This document shows positions 62,912 to 64,000 of a stretch of 64,000 bases of DNA, one piece after another. The position numbers and the translations under genes are program-made. Every line of letters starts with the position of its first letter. The first letter of the stretch is position 1. The notes under the pieces were generated by a model, which worked only from the letters and a program-made list of their open reading frames with translations, was not told the origin of the DNA and did not search any database. The DNA comes from Octopus vulgaris. Lineage: Eukaryota. The stretch is from the NCBI GenBank assembly GCA_951406725.2, contig OX597838.1:32178001-32242000 (forward strand). Reading direction: 5' to 3'.

Positions 62912-64000
62912 CAAATGGCACCTGTTGTTGTTGTTGTTGTTTACAGTAAATGACAAGACAAGTCTCTAGTAGTAGTAGTAGTAGTTGTTGTTAATTAGCA
63001 ATTTGCTATTTGAATCATTCAGTGTCCTTACTTTGGTTATTTGTCTTTACCATTCATTTTTGTTATTGTTGTAGTTGTTGTTAAAGTTAACAGTAGTAGT
63101 GGTGGTGGTTAATGTACTGGTTGTCGTAGAGGTGTTGCTAATAGTGGCGGTGGTGGTGGTAGTAGTGATGATTAATATATTGGTTGTTGTGATGGTGGTT
63201 ATGACATCTAAAGATTTCCTAGTTGTGTGGTCTCTCTGGTAAAAACAACTTTTACTGGCTCCACTCGCTAATCTGTGGCCATACTGCAGCACTGCTATCG
63301 ATGTTTCGGCAGCTTCGGTATTTTATTTTTCCATTTACTCTCCCTTTTCTAACTTTTTCTTGTCTTGCAAATTACTTGGTGACCCCACTGGTGCTGGTGC
63401 CCTGAAAAAAGAAGCTCCCAGTACATTTTTGTAAAGTGGTTGGCATTAGGAAGAGAATCCGGCTGCCAAAACAGACAATGGAACTTGGCACAGCCCTCTG
63501 GTATAACAGCTCTAGTCAAACCCATGCTAACATGGAGAATGGATATTACATGATGATGATGATGATGATGATGATGATTAGTTAGGTTTGGAGAAGGGGC
63601 TAAGCCCTTTGTGGTCTCTGCAGATCCCCTCCCCCCCAGACCAGAAGGAGTGATGCTGTTACTATTCCCTCTTCAACATTTGTAAGTGAACAACTCCAAG
63701 AAAAATATGTGCAGAGAGGGACTTCCAGCAGGATGAATATCCTGGGGAGGAAGGATTGGATGCAGAATCAAGGGTGGGTATATTAGCTGGAGGTGGCCTG
63801 CTCTGAGTGATGCTTTTGTTGGGGTGGTGCTTGTGTGTGTGTGTGTGGGGGGGGGTCTTCTGTATGAGCCTGTGTAAGGGACAACAGGTGCAGGGTGGTA
63901 CATTCTCAAGGGCTTCCCTGGGCAGCTGTGTCACTGGGTGGGTATGCTCAGTTATGGGAGATGAGAGGAAGACAAATGAGGAAGTCAAGGGTGGCCCTTA

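Overview
Eukaryotic, AT-rich, repeat-dense genomic DNA, most likely from an octopus or other coleoid cephalopod (inferred from the SINE/MITE families and microsatellite density, not from a database hit). The only clear protein-coding gene is NAA25 (NatB auxiliary subunit) on the minus strand. Twelve coding exons join in frame with canonical GT-AG sites, from ATG at 41416 to exon 12 ending at 938 (449 codons; the gene continues past position 1), and intron 1 is 24.4 kb. Almost all ORFs in the supplied track are spurious. The rest of the window is three abundant SINE families, hAT, piggyBac, Merlin-like and Tc1/pogo MITEs, Penelope-like fragments with hammerhead ribozyme motifs (one looks intact, 10343-10453), a fossil Ty3/Gypsy element just upstream of the NAA25 start, R4/Dong-type LINE debris and several palindromes and tandem triplications. 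The most unusual item is a decayed BED-finger/hAT transposase sequence (46.9-48.8 kb, minus strand). It appears to be spliced to a CpG-rich first exon at 55.4-55.6 kb, leaving a 120-aa ORF that stops just before the BED finger. Exon and TSD boundaries were counted by hand; repeat boundaries are approximate.
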